64,000 nt of DNA, taken from Cyanophora paradoxa CCMP329. Lineage: Eukaryota; Plantae; Glaucophyta. Positions within the stretch are counted from its first letter, which is position 1. The number at the start of each line of letters is the position of its first letter. Positions 52,901 to 61,600 of this stretch are shown here, piece after piece. The DNA lies in assembly GCA_004431415.1 (NCBI GenBank), contig QPMI01000029.1, positions 62,001-126,000 of the forward strand, given 5' to 3'. The notes beneath the pieces are model-generated. The model searched no databases, was not told the origin of the DNA, and worked only from the letters and a program-made list of their open reading frames with translations. The position numbers and the translations under genes are program-made.

Positions 52901-55900
52901 CTTCTCGTTCCCCACGGCGCGCGCGGTCACGCTCACCACCTGCAGCCCCGCCACCCTCTTCGACACGATCCTGAGCGTGTGGCCGGCCAGCGCCTGCCCG
53001 CGCAACGCGAGCTCTGCCGGGGCAAGCCCCGCCGCCGTCAACGACGATGACGACGCCTGCGGGCTGCTGTCCACGGTCTCGTTCGCAGCGGAGGCCAACT
53101 TAACATACATCGCCATGGTCGAAGGTGCTTCTTCCGTGTGGATTGATGAAGGACATCTGACCCTGACTCGGGTATCACGAATGCAGGCTTTGGGTCGAAC
53201 GCAGGCAGCTACGAGCTGAAATTCACCGATTCGACCTGTTCGTTCGCTTTTTATTTCTAATTGCGACTCGCGGGTGGTTTCGCTCTGATCGGACGGTTAA
53301 CGTTGCGCAGGCCCGCAGCCGGACCGCTGCCTCGTGGCCGGATCCACGCGCGTCGACGTCACTCAGTGCGGCGCACCGGTGGCCGGCTCGCTCGGCAGCC
53401 TCCGCCGCCTGCCGGCGGCCGCCGTACCGAGCGCGCACTCCAACTTCACCGCCGGCGACGTGCGCTGTCGCTGTGCTTTCATTTCCATCTCCAATTTTTC
53501 AGTTCTCCGATAAATCCGCCATTGTAATCAATCTTCTTTCACTTATTTTACGTATACCGTCCAGGCCTTCTACCACATGTCTGTCCCCACGGCTCGGTGC
53601 CCTTTGAGAGATTTCTCGCGCGATGTCCGCAACGTTGCGTTAACGCGATTCTTCGCCGCACGCGCCCCCTCAGAACAATTACGGTCGACCTGTGCGGTGA
53701 GGTCGAAGACGCGTTCGACGCCGTGCTCTACGTCTTCTCTGGTCGGCATTTTAAGTTCTCAGTCGCTTAATTTCGCACATTTCCCGCATCCAACGCCGCT
53801 TCCCCGCAGGCTGCCCGCTGTCCTCCAGCTACGCGCGTGTCGCCGAGGACGACGACTCGTGCGGCGGCGGAACCTTCCGGCCCCGCCTCTCTTTCGAGGC
53901 CCAAGCAGGCGTAAAGTGCGCCCTCTTCTCTCTCTGTAGCACTTTAGCGGTCTTTAACACGCCGCGCAGCTACACGATTGTGGTTTCCGGCAACGCGGCC
54001 AGCGCCGGCGATTTCCTCCTGCGCCTCAGCGACGCCGTCAGCTGCGCGACGCCGAACCCCAGCCCGAGCGCGAGCGCGACTCCAAGCCCGAGGCCCAGCC
54101 CGACTCCCACGCCATCGCCCACTGCCGGTGCGCTTTACATGCCGGACTGGGTCTGTCGCCACCATCTTCTCAAGCGGCTTCGGCTTGCGTGCGCAGGGCC
54201 CGTCTGCCCCACCATGGAGACGTGCAAGAGGGTGAGCGGGAGCACTGTCGGCTCTCTGAACCGCTTCCGCCGACCAGAGGCGAGTCCGAGCGGAGACCCG
54301 CTTGCGATTGGGCCCGCCCTCGCTTGCAACAAATGCCCTCTGATTCATTCGCTGCAGACGAACTCCCCCGAACGGATTTTCCTGCTCCGCCCGCCTAAAA
54401 CAGGGTCCGAGAGCTCGACATGTTTGTTTGCAGTGTGTAGTGATCATGACGTTATTTTTGCAGGCGCTTGACCGCGCTTACGTGCTTCCCTAACACGAAT
54501 TTCCGTTCCGTGTACCCGATCGCGACAAGCCGCCCCGGATTTATGCTCTGACCTGCTGCAGGGTCGAACGTGCAAGCGTATTCGGGATGCATGCTCCCCA
54601 GCTGCTGCAGTGGAACGGGAACGTTCATCGCGCAGAGCCGTGCGCCCCCGGGACCGCCCCGTGCCCTCCGATCCGCGTCGCCCTGAATCCGGAGTGTCCG
54701 CATGGCGCAGAATCGCGCAGCTGTCCGACGTGCGCTGGCGCCATCCTAAACAAAATCTTCCTCTCTAAGAAGACCTTTTTAACTACTTTCCATGGCGATA
54801 TGCTTTAATTTGGTCTGATCATGTAAATCGAAATACGTGCAGGGGGCGCGGGGGCGCCAACGGCATGATCACCATCTTCAGCGTCGAGGCCGGAAAGCTG
54901 TACTCCATCGTCGGTACGTGTACCCCCATTTAACTGACGCCGTCCCACTTTTAACTGACGCGGGTCGCGATCGGCAGTGGAGGGTGACGGGACCGCCACA
55001 GGCACTTTCCAGCTCGCGGTGATCATACGTTGATTTTGTAATGGCGTGCACGTGTCGCAGTTCACGAACGCGCGTGCCGTGCCGCGCCTCAGATTATGTA
55101 CTCGCCGAATGACGGGGGGTGCCCCCAGGCGTTCAACGCGCTCTCCCAGCTCAAGTGCCGCGCTTTGTTTCCCTCGAAACGTGCTTCCTATGGCGCGAGC
55201 GGCGCTGATCATGAGTGGTGGGCCGCGTCCGCAGCGTCGTTGGAGCACGGCACCAGCGGTATCTCTCCCAAAGCGACGGATCCGCCGGCGAGCTGGAGGT
55301 GCGGCGCCGCTGTCGAAGATGCATATGATTGCATAAACGCGAAAGCTATACTATGTACTTTTTACTGTTAACGTTCCTTGCCAAGTTGTCTCTTTGTCTC
55401 TGAACTTCAATTTGTTCTCTCGGCAGGCGTTGGAAATCCTTGCAGAGACCAGTCCGGTGTGTGTGCGGGTAGTACCTAACGTTCATGGCGAAGTTGCTAG
55501 CGGTGTTTGTGTACGAAGCATCAAGTGTTTGGCAACTTTGCCTCGTTTTAATCCCGGTCGCATGCACATTTTTGCTTCTCTGAGACCGCGGCCGGGCCCC
55601 AGACGCGGACGAACTTCGTGGACCCCCTATCTCGGGCGTTGGAGGCGGAGGGGGCGCCCGCGCTCCCCGCCGACTTCGGAGTCGCCGCGAACCCCCTCCC
55701 GGCCCGCTGCAGGTGCTTATGCGCGGACCGCGCGCACAGCGGTTCCTTGTTTCGCGTACAGCTGAACGTTAACGCTGACGCCTGGCAGCAACCTGCGCAC
55801 GCTCGCGCCGTGCAAGGCCGGCTCGGTCGCCGCCTCGACCGTCGGCAGCGTTTCGAGGTATGAGGCCCTAGCGCTAGCTTTATATAGCTAGCCACTGGCC

Positions 55901-57762
55901 GCCGGTCGACGTCGCCATGCCAACTCAGGTTCTTCCCGGACCGCTTCGGGGCGGCGCTGACGCTGGTCGTCCCGACGAGCCGCGAGCTGGTGGTCACGCT
56001 CTGCGGGCCGGGGACGGGCCCCCCCAACTTCGACGCCGTCCTGGGAGCGATGGTGGAGTGCAACCTCGCCACGTACCAGTTCGACCGTGCGCCATTTCTT
56101 CCTAGAAATTGCGGAAATTGCGAGCTTGCGAGCTTCTTCCGCTTGAACGTCCAATCTCCGTTTTCTTATTTATTAATATCATATTATCCTCCCATCGCCC
56201 CCGGCTTCGCCCTCACCGCCGACCCGCCCCGGCAGGGACGCCCTGCAGCGAGGGGGGGTACGGCGGCACCCTCCGCGGCATCTTCCTCGCGAACCGCACG
56301 TACACCATTCTCGTCACCGGTGCGTACCCATAGAGCCGCAGAAGCGAAAGTGTGCGATTGGTCCGACATGGCAAGCCAAAGTCCATTTAATCGAATCAAA
56401 GCCTGTGCCGTCTGAAATTGTGCCTGGCCCTTCCATTTTCTAAAACAGAATTTCGGAGTCTTGCTTTCTTTGACGCTTGACGTGTTTTCGCTTCAGGCTG
56501 GACCCCGGAGGCCGCGGGAGCCTTCACGCTCACCGTTCAGGACCCGAGTGACGCCTGCGGTGCGCGCGTTTTCGCGGCTGTTTTCGCGTCAATTTTTGCA
56601 CCCGAGCCGAGCCGAGCTGACCGAGGCGCTTCGAATCCGCAGCTGAGGCCCTCCCCCTCGTGCGGACCAACCCCCCTCGCTCGCCTCGCCCGCCTGACTT
56701 TGAATATCGAAAATTCCTGAATTTCGGCGCAGACCCGGGACGTGGACGCGTCGATCTCGGCGGGGGCGACGCTCGCCCTCGCCCCGGGCGCCCCGCTCCC
56801 TTCCGTCCCGGGCGCTGAGGAGGCAAGCATCCCCTTCAATTCTTATCTGTGTTGAATTCACGTTGACGTTTTAAAACATCATCTGAATATCATCATCTGT
56901 TGGTCGTCGCTGACCGTGATCTTCATGCCTTTAACTTGCGCAGGTCATCTCCCTTCGCCTCACGCTGCGCCCCAAGCAAGGCGGCTGGAGCGCAAGCTCG
57001 CCCGGAAAGTGTGCTTTCGCTCAAAATCAAACAAATATTTTCCGGCAGCCGTGGGTAATGTTGTGAGCCCCGCCCTCCCGCGCGCGCAGGCTCAAGCAGG
57101 CGCTGGCGGCCGCGCTGAACATATCAGCCTCGCGCATCGTTGTGCGCCCGGAATCAAAGGGCGCCTCCGAGGGAACGGTCGTCGTCGAGGTGCCTTTAAT
57201 TGGCTCTCGCCTTCGCTTTGCACCCGGGGATTGGTTTTGATTCGCATTACGATCACTGAGTCAGGTCCTCATTCGCGCCCCGGGTTTGTCCTCCGCCCGC
57301 CGCCTCCTCGGTACCCAATCTTCTTTTTCTTCTTTAATCTGTTATCTTCAAATTATCTGAAATTCTAAATCCGAATTTCTTGAATTTCAGCGGAGGAGGC
57401 GAGCCTGGCGGAGCTGCTGGCGGCGCTGCGGGCCCTCATCGCCGGCGGCGCCCTCTCCCTCGGGGCAGATTTCGACCTCCTCGCCGCCTCGGCATCCCGC
57501 TCTTTCACCACCACCGGTGCGCCCCGCGCCCTCCGCCCGGCCCTCCGATTTATACAACATTCCAAGCGTGCCTTGCGACGCAGCGCTCGCGGCGACGACC
57601 GGATCCGGCGCGAATAATGTGACGTCGGCGTTCGTGCCGAGCCATCCCGCCCTCGGCAACTCCGCCGCGGCTGCGTCGCCCTCGTCGCCGGTCGCGGCCG
57701 CCTTTAGTTTGGCGGCGGCGGCGGCTTTCGTCTGCATGGCCGCCCTGTACACTGACATGTGA
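16965..57762 (+). CDS. Large secreted/surface subtilisin-like (S8, proteinase K-type) protease with EGF-like and repeated Cys-rich beta domains; multi-exon; interrupted by the PLV
   Basis: Signal peptide, I9-like prodomain (GRYIV/RFK, DHVYHGVFPGFVG, VETVEADG), DCNG/HGTH, GAGNN, CVDVF and AGTS. Then CKNGGFCEGG...CVPGFQGLTCE (EGF-like), repeated TCS...FDT.L.V...NDD..C modules with P/T linkers, and a hydrophobic C-terminus (GPI-signal-like). The frame ATPTPSP|TAQPTPAP is continuous across the insertion. Confidence 0.75.
23130..23278. repeat. Left TIR (149 bp); 23130-23204 is a hairpin
   Basis: Reverse complement of 50831-50979: outer 75 bp identical, inner 74 bp with 8 mismatches. Confidence 0.97.
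23392..23793 (-). CDS. speD: S-adenosylmethionine decarboxylase proenzyme (prokaryotic-type, pyruvoyl)
   Basis: GYHVMLD N-terminus, GFAQVLLLDESHCSAHCY with the E|SH self-cleavage motif, AIDIFSCG; ~133 aa from ATG at 23793. Confidence 0.9.
   Translation of the reverse strand: MLAKGYHVMLDFQFSQPISDHVGLSKWLMNVSEDIIKKYGIQVVHKHAEIFDGTKSPPGFAQVLLLDESHCSAHCYSDQGMLAIDIFSCGKQAERNTSLIAFELEEEINKYAIGFGAVIKKRLHHEKRRFEHG
23839..24684 (-). CDS. Hypothetical 281-aa protein, paralogue of 24704-25549; possibly a virion protein
   Basis: Shared blocks RLKELRCDKNNGVVKTTKLLVTNANF, RSGGAYIG and terminal RND...DPLP. Confidence 0.8.
   Translation of the reverse strand: MAAPAPPERILTAQLSLAAPANHVLQHAIIDNTDGLESTEIAPTLNTFGDTHMLRLKELRCDKNNGVVKTTKLLVTNANFNAFHGDPDSYNDDNKVTNFAYEARRGAIKCRSGGAYIGDGLRVGGIIGAPLLVNDQPNPDDLNTRIRTYVPGMNEPYIIKINTIIINLQTAVLDVLEPLGNHYRYTETLPADIYALCRRTDGARPRITVQVVPVDNFGLAFHSLPLLDTQDDQYIIRATQQGTYTVIMYAERNDEIARGNRYGQYLTTNLYNPIGGSDPLP
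24704..25549 (-). CDS. Hypothetical 281-aa protein, paralogue of 23839-24684
   Basis: RVKELRADKNSGVVKTTQLLVTNANF, RSGGAIIG, RND...DPIP. Confidence 0.8.
   Translation of the reverse strand: MGEYNRVQLPVYALGSPAIHFRQHEVSDEIRGMESTERANSGNAFDKNSMIRVKELRADKNSGVVKTTQLLVTNANFQSANGQPDAYGVDIKAFEFDNTRAAAVIRSGGAIIGGGCRVSGMLGSSAAFNDFPDTLPEHADNPQRIRMFLPCGDSPYAFGIIRANVNTQDATQPQGIAGPWKLANQLLPKAMYSMCRSQNGGLEGYTFFVQAVGHGGRGWITRNPATQPNSFDFWASEVGGYDILIFGYRNDEAAWAVANCINPDSQVSNFYNEPFPNDPIP
25589..33684 (-). CDS. Giant fibre/receptor-binding protein (~2700 aa) with five LamG/ConA-like modules; single frameshift near 29770 joins the two listed ORFs
   Basis: The alternative frame at 29765-29702 reads PNNLVTESRIGSSTSKQDLAELIVIIKP...NIRSYLLQKYG, completing module 2. 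There are five E(I/F/L/V)...RxYxxxxYG module ends, HxHDWDEI tail-type repeats and YLPxxGGT linkers. Confidence 0.8.
29113..29385 (-). repeat. Coding 39-bp tandem repeat, 7 units (APLTASNVVQEWI)
   Basis: Read from DNA and translation; a shorter second array lies near 27990-28150. Confidence 0.95.
33728..35284 (+). CDS. Patatin-like phospholipase with C-terminal F5/8 type C (discoidin)-like domain
   Basis: LALSGGGARG, GTSTG nucleophile elbow, ATSAAPTYF, LIDGA; C-terminal FTASSS...EYLQVAF...STNGVNW...KYVRIYP...MRVDFTG. Confidence 0.9.
   Translation: MPLKVVLALSGGGARGIIITRLLKEIENRTGRRIIDLVDLVSGTSTGGIIAIGLNIRHPDRAGEPKLTASDLHNIYLTQLPLIFANPRNIIENALFNTKYDVAPLESAIYSVTGESLIQDSLKDIVITSFDTQYMKPIFITNDNNYNFLPCKIAARATSAAPTYFSPVSIVDFNRGVTACLIDGAISGNNNPSVCGYSHARKIYSDDDDIIVISISCGEVDPYLESDYFGYGYETVNSWGILSWIASTDGSPLINMLMAASELSALDKMEELLPYNYDQDYGRYYRLSVPLPNHIVKSLDDTSKIPDMLSFTETYIAANNTMINKLCDLLVANYELKNPSKAYISSTLTLSPPLDANWYKLADDAFTASSSVIGKEPHMARPSSFGWEAGAFAPEQIWETPTEYLQVAFPYTFELSSVVAYGSGDTNAFIKTFNVATSTNGVNWSFIRAEGQNKTFVCENINNANNSGDVALLNGYPLTIKDAFYIGFSLRIKYVRIYPLVYVNAPTMRVDFTGAFIR
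35274..36208 (-). CDS. Minor capsid (penton-like) protein 1; one frameshift near 36058
   Basis: ATG at 36208 gives MNRLVNVDSRDR...RVIYAEIPNSIYN. Adding one G joins the listed ORF, which ends LTVEFRDYFGDIIDMNGIDNSFQLEF, typical single jelly-roll mCP termini. Confidence 0.8.
36238..37248 (+). CDS. Minor capsid (penton-like) protein 2
   Basis: SFIARLPNIYENVRAVRLVSAEFYNS ... FSVDIVNAINEPIDFEGQPVHLTFEI; directly upstream of the MCP. Start may be 36217 or 36238. Confidence 0.8.
   Translation: MPVDYIEVSSFNTISGDGPTSSFIARLPNIYENVRAVRLVSAEFYNSIPMVSGETQPGDITIDNSFSIFWSEEFDGAGIDGIPTTRPAAGFEPWKQLIISRKKPIQSHQQLVNVINAKFDDREPEPSIRCKWDESLKRIIFHSEKPFYLAFSVAGNPNQKTIQKLLSAARLLGLDPGRYGNSPIQSQVYNALTDGIFTGERVNGIISSFEPEKTRDSVLFVRVKELGDLVQCGDGLLTGYFHKIVVPDKDYGEHVVYNSTESHPLYKYYNKKMGLSTFSVDIVNAINEPIDFEGQPVHLTFEIRYGEEPAGDPVYEYFKMRMSQSHPTYPIIASFG
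37275..38672 (+). CDS. Major capsid protein (double jelly-roll)
   Basis: ~460-aa beta-rich protein between mCP and packaging ATPase. ISFKLPR...LELAFDLP, VGALVQRLEITYG, VEIPVPW...YLPLGAL and SGYVDLT resemble DJR MCP motifs. The true start may be ATG 37303 with a homopolymer frameshift near 37347. Confidence 0.8.
   Translation: MLQYNKRENHGYYVDPPAPFVERSPNNPEEAKAFFLDNSLMLGLESKSKPVLVVVNPSNTFENSVGNRISFKLPRYNFCGKLELAFDLPAITFGDADLVRNGYTRPVGALVQRLEITYGSYTYHIPSDFLAHFPLVYYSEDQLAKKKRSMGMLHGIPAHGTNRLGGSFFVEIPVPWLNHYLPLGALSGEMVVTVWFKDVGKGYVETSYGGRTLPKAGDTAIDGDKDDGLGVAPAESVLAHVGQNITTFNLGAPNVEIKITSPRLYMYAVNVSDELFATVIEKVKTTGMAIPALDIGFVDVSDLKAKGLAQPNRVNLSQISGLVYALLVSVRDNANVDKANGSHSVLKTYSNSKDITFTVEINGQRLYATEPIPLLKGAELIADVFKCSNMDKVADRYVLSGLPFCLDGEKAIRNVAQSGYVDLTNSSSSFLTLYMPTDKVIDVNVRALMHSFIIVDKDGLRRINL
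38726..39508 (+). CDS. A32-like (FtsK-HerA) genome packaging ATPase
   Basis: Walker A GKSATGKS, Walker B CVVLDD, SRGRHSKISIICITQ, IRVNSDY. Confidence 0.95.
   Translation: MGDLDEFNAGEMINPPFRVLAIGKSATGKSEAVKYWLKQLHDAKKIDVVLVVSGTSFNHFWDKVATLQLGKWDAPYIAKLLDERQEKIEKGEPVNQLCVVLDDLIDNEIVDLTRDKIIGSLYSRGRHSKISIICITQKLRKVSSTIRVNSDYAMFLSAANRKELEAIEEEYNIMRDKDVFYKMFEEYVHSYQFLIWSSADYSVKYFVDKADLVKDFPFPRFHRKPKKKEDELKPPEKEEGRKEVKSQVHSNKLMRYKRGL
39537..40271 (+). CDS. Hypothetical 244-aa charged protein
   Basis: Long ORF with AT-rich leader, in the same orientation as the capsid module; no recognised motif. Confidence 0.75.
   Translation: MPPKRKIGIPAGAVGYSGGGNNGSINTDPLKFNGMNEIKPSQQQEDPLNAAYEESFDDKAPQTSTSDQLNISPEASKMKAVGEGARRIIGAADDKGLGLQDLSLTRKGEGLSKESDKVIQSMAGEVTYKTAPTQNIHRVPKAQWDEMTAKLKDLEAKSSALEQYVTEKRERSKLKEMLRKEVFKMGITGIPDKQFIAKKETQIDEQAVDEMKTKTQKGTIEPGATKAEVDKGVAPTVYKRRVWL
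40297..40527 (+). CDS. Small basic protein with DPEYRE and GRP-K motifs
   Basis: 76-aa ORF preceded by TATAAATG; resembles the ORF at 44970-45160. Confidence 0.7.
   Translation: MEDTISLVEFTVDSPVTESYIKNALANQKRYREDPEYREFKKQQALASYYRRKAQKEAVRPIGRPIKYYQTTESSN
40553..40828 (+). CDS. Hypothetical 91-aa protein
   Basis: ATG preceded by TAATAGTAAA as for other viral genes; tight gene packing. Confidence 0.6.
   Translation: MWQWLQQLLDMFHIHVTSNYKCSCCDTTIDVSIGSSSPSGSRSGSPYDVVLRTGSTEGQRVSLESIEEVTGEQFAQAVSSAWDEYQGNRLH
40834..41070 (-). CDS. Hypothetical 78-aa helical protein
   Basis: Convergent ORF ending 5 bp from the previous stop; AT-rich leader. Confidence 0.55.
   Translation of the reverse strand: MTTPIHTRLVEVSFELSHLALTSPSPELSDSIHRLSIELYNLGHRIAPLSPHIKAALQKISNDLLMLGNEINTLPDGR
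41267..41536. repeat. 31-bp tandem repeat, ~8.7 units, alternating A/B variants
   Basis: GCAATCTCCGGCTTGCGCGGCCATACAAGGA alternates with GCAATCTCAGGCTTGCGCAGCCACACACTGA. Confidence 0.95.
41852..42088 (-). CDS. Hypothetical 78-aa protein
   Basis: ATG at 42088 (MDSDSSYDDIPLEDMVELWEAVRQQYY...); protein-like composition. Confidence 0.55.
   Translation of the reverse strand: MDSDSSYDDIPLEDMVELWEAVRQQYYDEYRKSPQDINPQKSKELRRLMEAYENIICDNYGMEGYALLHKANFSWRKS
42224..42604. promoter_or_regulatory. Putative replication origin: G-rich and C-rich inverted iteron-like repeats around an AT-rich core
   Basis: ttggggggttaggg / taggggggat arms face atccccccta / ccccccaaa arms; lies immediately after the helicase stop codon. 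Function is inferred. Confidence 0.5.
42605..44871 (-). CDS. TVpol (PolA-like primase-polymerase) fused to SF3/D5-like helicase; about six frameshifts
   Basis: Reconstructed GRYF...SLQSICREIRHTI...YYDIDIVNCHP (motif A), VLVFDGCM (motif C), KGKQGVGKN (Walker A), LITVNE (Walker B), IIFTTNN, GDRRF. Confidence 0.88.
44970..45160 (-). CDS. Small AT-hook protein (not in ORF track; one frameshift)
   Basis: Adding one C near 45110 gives MAYTKQMRYIQRRIQNDPEFRELHKKYVRVSTYRAGALLCIRYLFEEAVPDRRGRPRKRNPYV. Confidence 0.6.
45214..45714 (-). CDS. Hypothetical 166-aa protein, weakly resembling D5 N-terminal-like domains
   Basis: TDQSIAEV...GLWYF...TWQ pattern; by eye only. Confidence 0.6.
   Translation of the reverse strand: MIVTMDARILTIDTTEVAAVQSKNEEAIKQAVSRCIMEGTDQSIAEVARLALSHKVLYRIPEGKKQGLWYFRVGNSSTWQYGEGSNPIIKLLWSDVKNIFVQKSKELRNSLFKHASGDINFCDLGEVHWINQMITQCGKIEKRLSNWVPTQKIVRACKLSLQRFEE
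45820..48911 (+). CDS. Protein-primed family B DNA polymerase, Polinton type; about five frameshifts
   Basis: GGAFIPLPEWLKNKRAIVN, DNRCF...SHY (OTU-like protease motifs), C2H2 finger, EndoVII-like CYIC...DHDHQTG...CRKCN, YLDANNLYGYA, KIMNNSLFGKT, FTDTDSL, PKCYS. Confidence 0.93.
48923..50289 (+). CDS. Retroviral-like (rve) DDE integrase; one frameshift near 49390
   Basis: YAIDL, IQSDAGSEF, GRIEAFNRTIK, YNNTIHSATGMKP, WSREIFTI. atgagg(g)gaaag restores IPMRGKTAESTLNAF. Confidence 0.95.
50304..50617. repeat. GGGGATG / CCATCCCC(C) inverted iteron-like array around an A/T-rich core
   Basis: Three GGGGATG-type units, an A/T tract, then more than ten CCATCCC units. Confidence 0.8.
50831..50979. 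repeat. Right TIR (149 bp); 50905-50979 is a hairpin
   Basis: Reverse complement of 23130-23278. Confidence 0.97.
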
Positions 57763-58664
57763 ATGTGTGTGAATGGGCACGCATAATCGCATTCTATACA
57801 TATGTGTTCACGTATATGCGTACTTCATCCTGCTCCCGCAAACGGCGCACTTCCGCAGAGTGCTCAATTGCAAGACGGTCGCAGACGGCCGACAGGCCAT
57901 GGCCCGAGCGGATCCGGAGCCCCGGAGGGCAATTGCAATCCTCATAGAAAACATTTTGGCTGAAGCGAGGGAACGGGAAGCAAGCTGGGAGAAGCTTAAG
58001 CCCTTCGGTCTTCGTCCCCCCTTGCAATAATGCGAACCTCCTAGTTCTATTTTGTTCGCACACGCTAGCACTGTTCGTGCCTGTCAGAGGCATCACATCG
58101 AAAATCGTAGCCCAACCATCTTGCTTTCCAGGGTCGAGAATGGATACCTAGGTCCAAAACGGTTTGCTTCAATCTCATTTTGCATTTTAATTTTCCACAA
58201 GATAGGCACGGTCCTAAGGGTCGTTCCTTTCCCCAAGACCAATCATGAGCTGACAGTAAGCTTCAAGGCTTCTCTTCAGCAATATTGTGTTGCAATTGCG
58301 ACGTCCCGATCGCGATCCGACGTCGACAGTCCAGAGCTCGGGGCGCGCGTGGCAGCTACATCATCCCGTATACGCTAGCTATAGCTAGCTTTAGGTAAAC
58401 ATAGCTAGCTTCAGGCTGCATCTAGTTCTGTTGCAGCGAAACTCGAGCTCCTTGTCGCAGACGCGGACTCTAGATCTGAGAGCTGGACGATTGAAAACTT
58501 GAAGAAAAAGTGACCAAGCGCTAGAAAGATCGATCAATGAAATGCTAAGTGCAGCGAATAGCTTACCGAAAGCATTACAGCTCAAGAAAGTCCCTCTGCA
58601 TGTTACTTTGAATAGCCTCGCAGATCAGAGCGCGCAATCCGTATCTAGCAAGATATTTGAGCGC

Positions 58665-61600
58665 TCAAATGGCGAGCGCGAAGGGATCGTCGCGGCGGTC
58701 GTTAACGTTGTCGACGTAGACGTCCGTGGTACCGGCCTGGTTGTAGTGGTTCTGTTCGCCGTTGCGGGAGCGACGACGGCGCCCGCGGGCGCCGCCGGCC
58801 GCAAGGCACCAGACGCCGAGGGCGAGGGCGGCGATGACGGCGACGCCACCGACCGCCACGCCGACCGCGATGGACGTCGCTGAGGCGGAGCTGCTGCCGC
58901 CGCTCCCGCTGCCGGCCGGGCCGCCGCCGTCGCCCAGCGCGGGCACGGCCCCCGGGACGACCGTCGAGCCTCCCGTCGCCGCCGCGGCGGCCGTCAGCCG
59001 GGGCTCGGCCGTTCCGATGGAGAACGCGGTGAGATGGTCGCAGGTGCCAATGCTGTCGGATGCACATTAATTGATGTCATGTTTACGCGGAAATTGCACG
59101 GGATCGCGAATTGCACGCACGCGTAGTAAATGGGGGCATTTTGGGGGCCAGTGCGCTGCTCCAACGTCTGACGAGCACAAAGGCGTCAGAATATTAATTG
59201 TAGAAGACGCGCGACGCAGATCAGGGAAGGAACAGTATTGTTATAACGTTAACGACGCGCGCACGACGTTGCTGCAGCTGGACCAGGCCTGCCTCGTGGT
59301 GTTGAAGAAGAGCAGATCGAGCGGCAGCGCCGGCGAGGCGCCCTCGGGGAACGGGATCTCGAATCGCATGGGCGTCGCCAGGTTCGTGATTGCGACGCTC
59401 ATGACAGACGCCTCGATAACCGTCGCGGTGATCGAAATGTTCTCGGGCCTGCGCCAGTGCCGAATTGAAGCCCTAGTCAGCCACACAGTATGACGGAGCA
59501 GATGAGTACGAAAGGTTTAAGCGAGGCGTACTTAGTTCCGGTCGCCGAGAGGTCGCGAACTGTAGGGTACGGGTTGCGGAGATAGTGGTAGAGCACAATC
59601 CCTGCGATTCGAAAGATAACGCACTTGAGGGTTAGCATTGCAAATGCGCGAGTTTGCGCTAATGCAGCAAGAAATCAAACAAGCTTCAAGTTCAAGGGTG
59701 ATCTTTCTCGCACCGGCGCCGGCAGAATCGACCTTCTCAGTGCCGAGCGTGCTCCTGGCGCGCTCAATAATCTCCACGGGAAGTGTGAGGCCGGCAGCGG
59801 CCAGCGGGGAACCGGTGCCGGTGCTCGGGGCGGACTGCAGAGTTTTCTGCTCGTTGCTGGTGGCGCAAACTGCGACGAATAAATGTATGAGAGACCGGAA
59901 GAGGCTATAATCGATGGATTATATATGAATGGATGCCCTGCTAGCTTGCCGCGGCGCGATTGATCGCACCCTTGGCAAACGTGAGAGAGAAACGGGTCCC
60001 GGGCCTGGACTGAGGGCCGGACCCGCAGCCGCGGCAGCCCGCGGCGCGCTCGGCAAAGGCTCTCAGGAGGCCTTCGGTCGCGGCGAAGAGAGTGGACGTG
60101 TTGGCCTTGCCTCCCCAGCCCTCCGAGGCGCAGAACGAATCTGCGGTAAACGGCCGATGAGCGAAACGAAGTTTGAGATTGAGCGCACGAGTTTGCGCGC
60201 GCACCAATCGCAGCAAGAACGATTCCGGAGACCTCCTCTGCGCAAAAGCAGGCCAGCGATCATAAAAACAGCGGGTCGGACGTAGCGTATGATAAGAATC
60301 ACTTCGCAGCGAACCGAAGTCAGTGCAGGGGTCCAGTCTGTCAAGAAGTTCCCTGATGGAAGCGAGCAGCCTCTCTTGCAGCGCCGATCCCTGAGTCCTA
60401 CAATCGAGCAGTCGTTAATCAGATGAATTTGTAACGTAAACGCTTCACAGCGACCGCGACGTCGACGACGATCGCAGACCTCACGAGAACGTCACTAAGA
60501 GCAGAAGCAGCGCCGAGACTCTGGATAATTTCCGCCTTCGAGAGAGCTTTGTTCGCAGCGACGGCTAGTGCATCAAGTCAGCAAGGAAATGCCAAGTCAT
60601 TATCAGGACGCCTTTAGTATGCACGCACTTCCAAGCGTGTCGAGGATCGGAAGAATGACGGATTGAGGAATCGGCCTCTGAGGAGCGGCCTTCCTCGGAT
60701 CGCCGTCGCGGGGGCCGGCAGAGTCGTCGAGTAGCACTGGTCACATAATACAATTGTAAGCGATACTAAATAGTACTCGGATGTTCTTCCCGCATCGTGC
60801 ATGCGCACGCGAAACGGTCTTGGAGATGGTCGTGAGAGACGAGAGCGAGGCCTCCACGTCGCCGTCGCCGTTCACGGTCACGAGGGTCTTCGCCGCCGCG
60901 TCCAGAGTCTTGTCAATGTCCGTCGCGTCCAGAGTGACGATGGCGCTGAGGGGCGCGTCCGCGTACGCTCCGAACTCGTCCGAGATGCGGACGACGAGCT
61001 TGGCCTCGTTGTTCGGGCCCTCGCCCCGCGGAAGCAGCGTCCGTATGGTCTCGGAGCCGCGCGACTGGGTCAGAGGCGTCTCCGCGGTGTTTGCCACGAG
61101 CTGCGCGCGGCGCCTCGTTACGAATTGCAAGCGCAGATAAATCAGCCGAATAGCGCCAATGAAGGCTCAGCACGCGCCTTCAGCTGGTAGTTCAGGGGCT
61201 TCGTGCTGTACTTGGACGCGTAGCCAGAGCAGGTGACGGCAAACTACGTACAGGCAGGCGCCGGTGGAGAGGGGCATAATTAAAAGGACATAAAGCGCCG
61301 AAAAACCGCGAGCAATAAAACTCCAAGCACCTGCGTCTGCAGCGCCTTCCCTTGCGGCGGGTGAATGACGCAGCCGCCGCCGGAGGGCCCCTCGAGGACG
61401 CGGAATGGGATCTCCGTGGAGCCTAGCCACAGAGTTACTTACGCATACATGAATTCTTTGCTCGCAGTGTACAATATTCATACCTGAAGGGGCGTTTGGA
61501 TCCGACCCCTCCTTGGCGGCGCACTTCACGATGTACGTGCGTCCGGGAGTGAGCTTGGTCTTCGACGTGTCGATGGAGAGGCGGGAGGTGTTCGCCGACG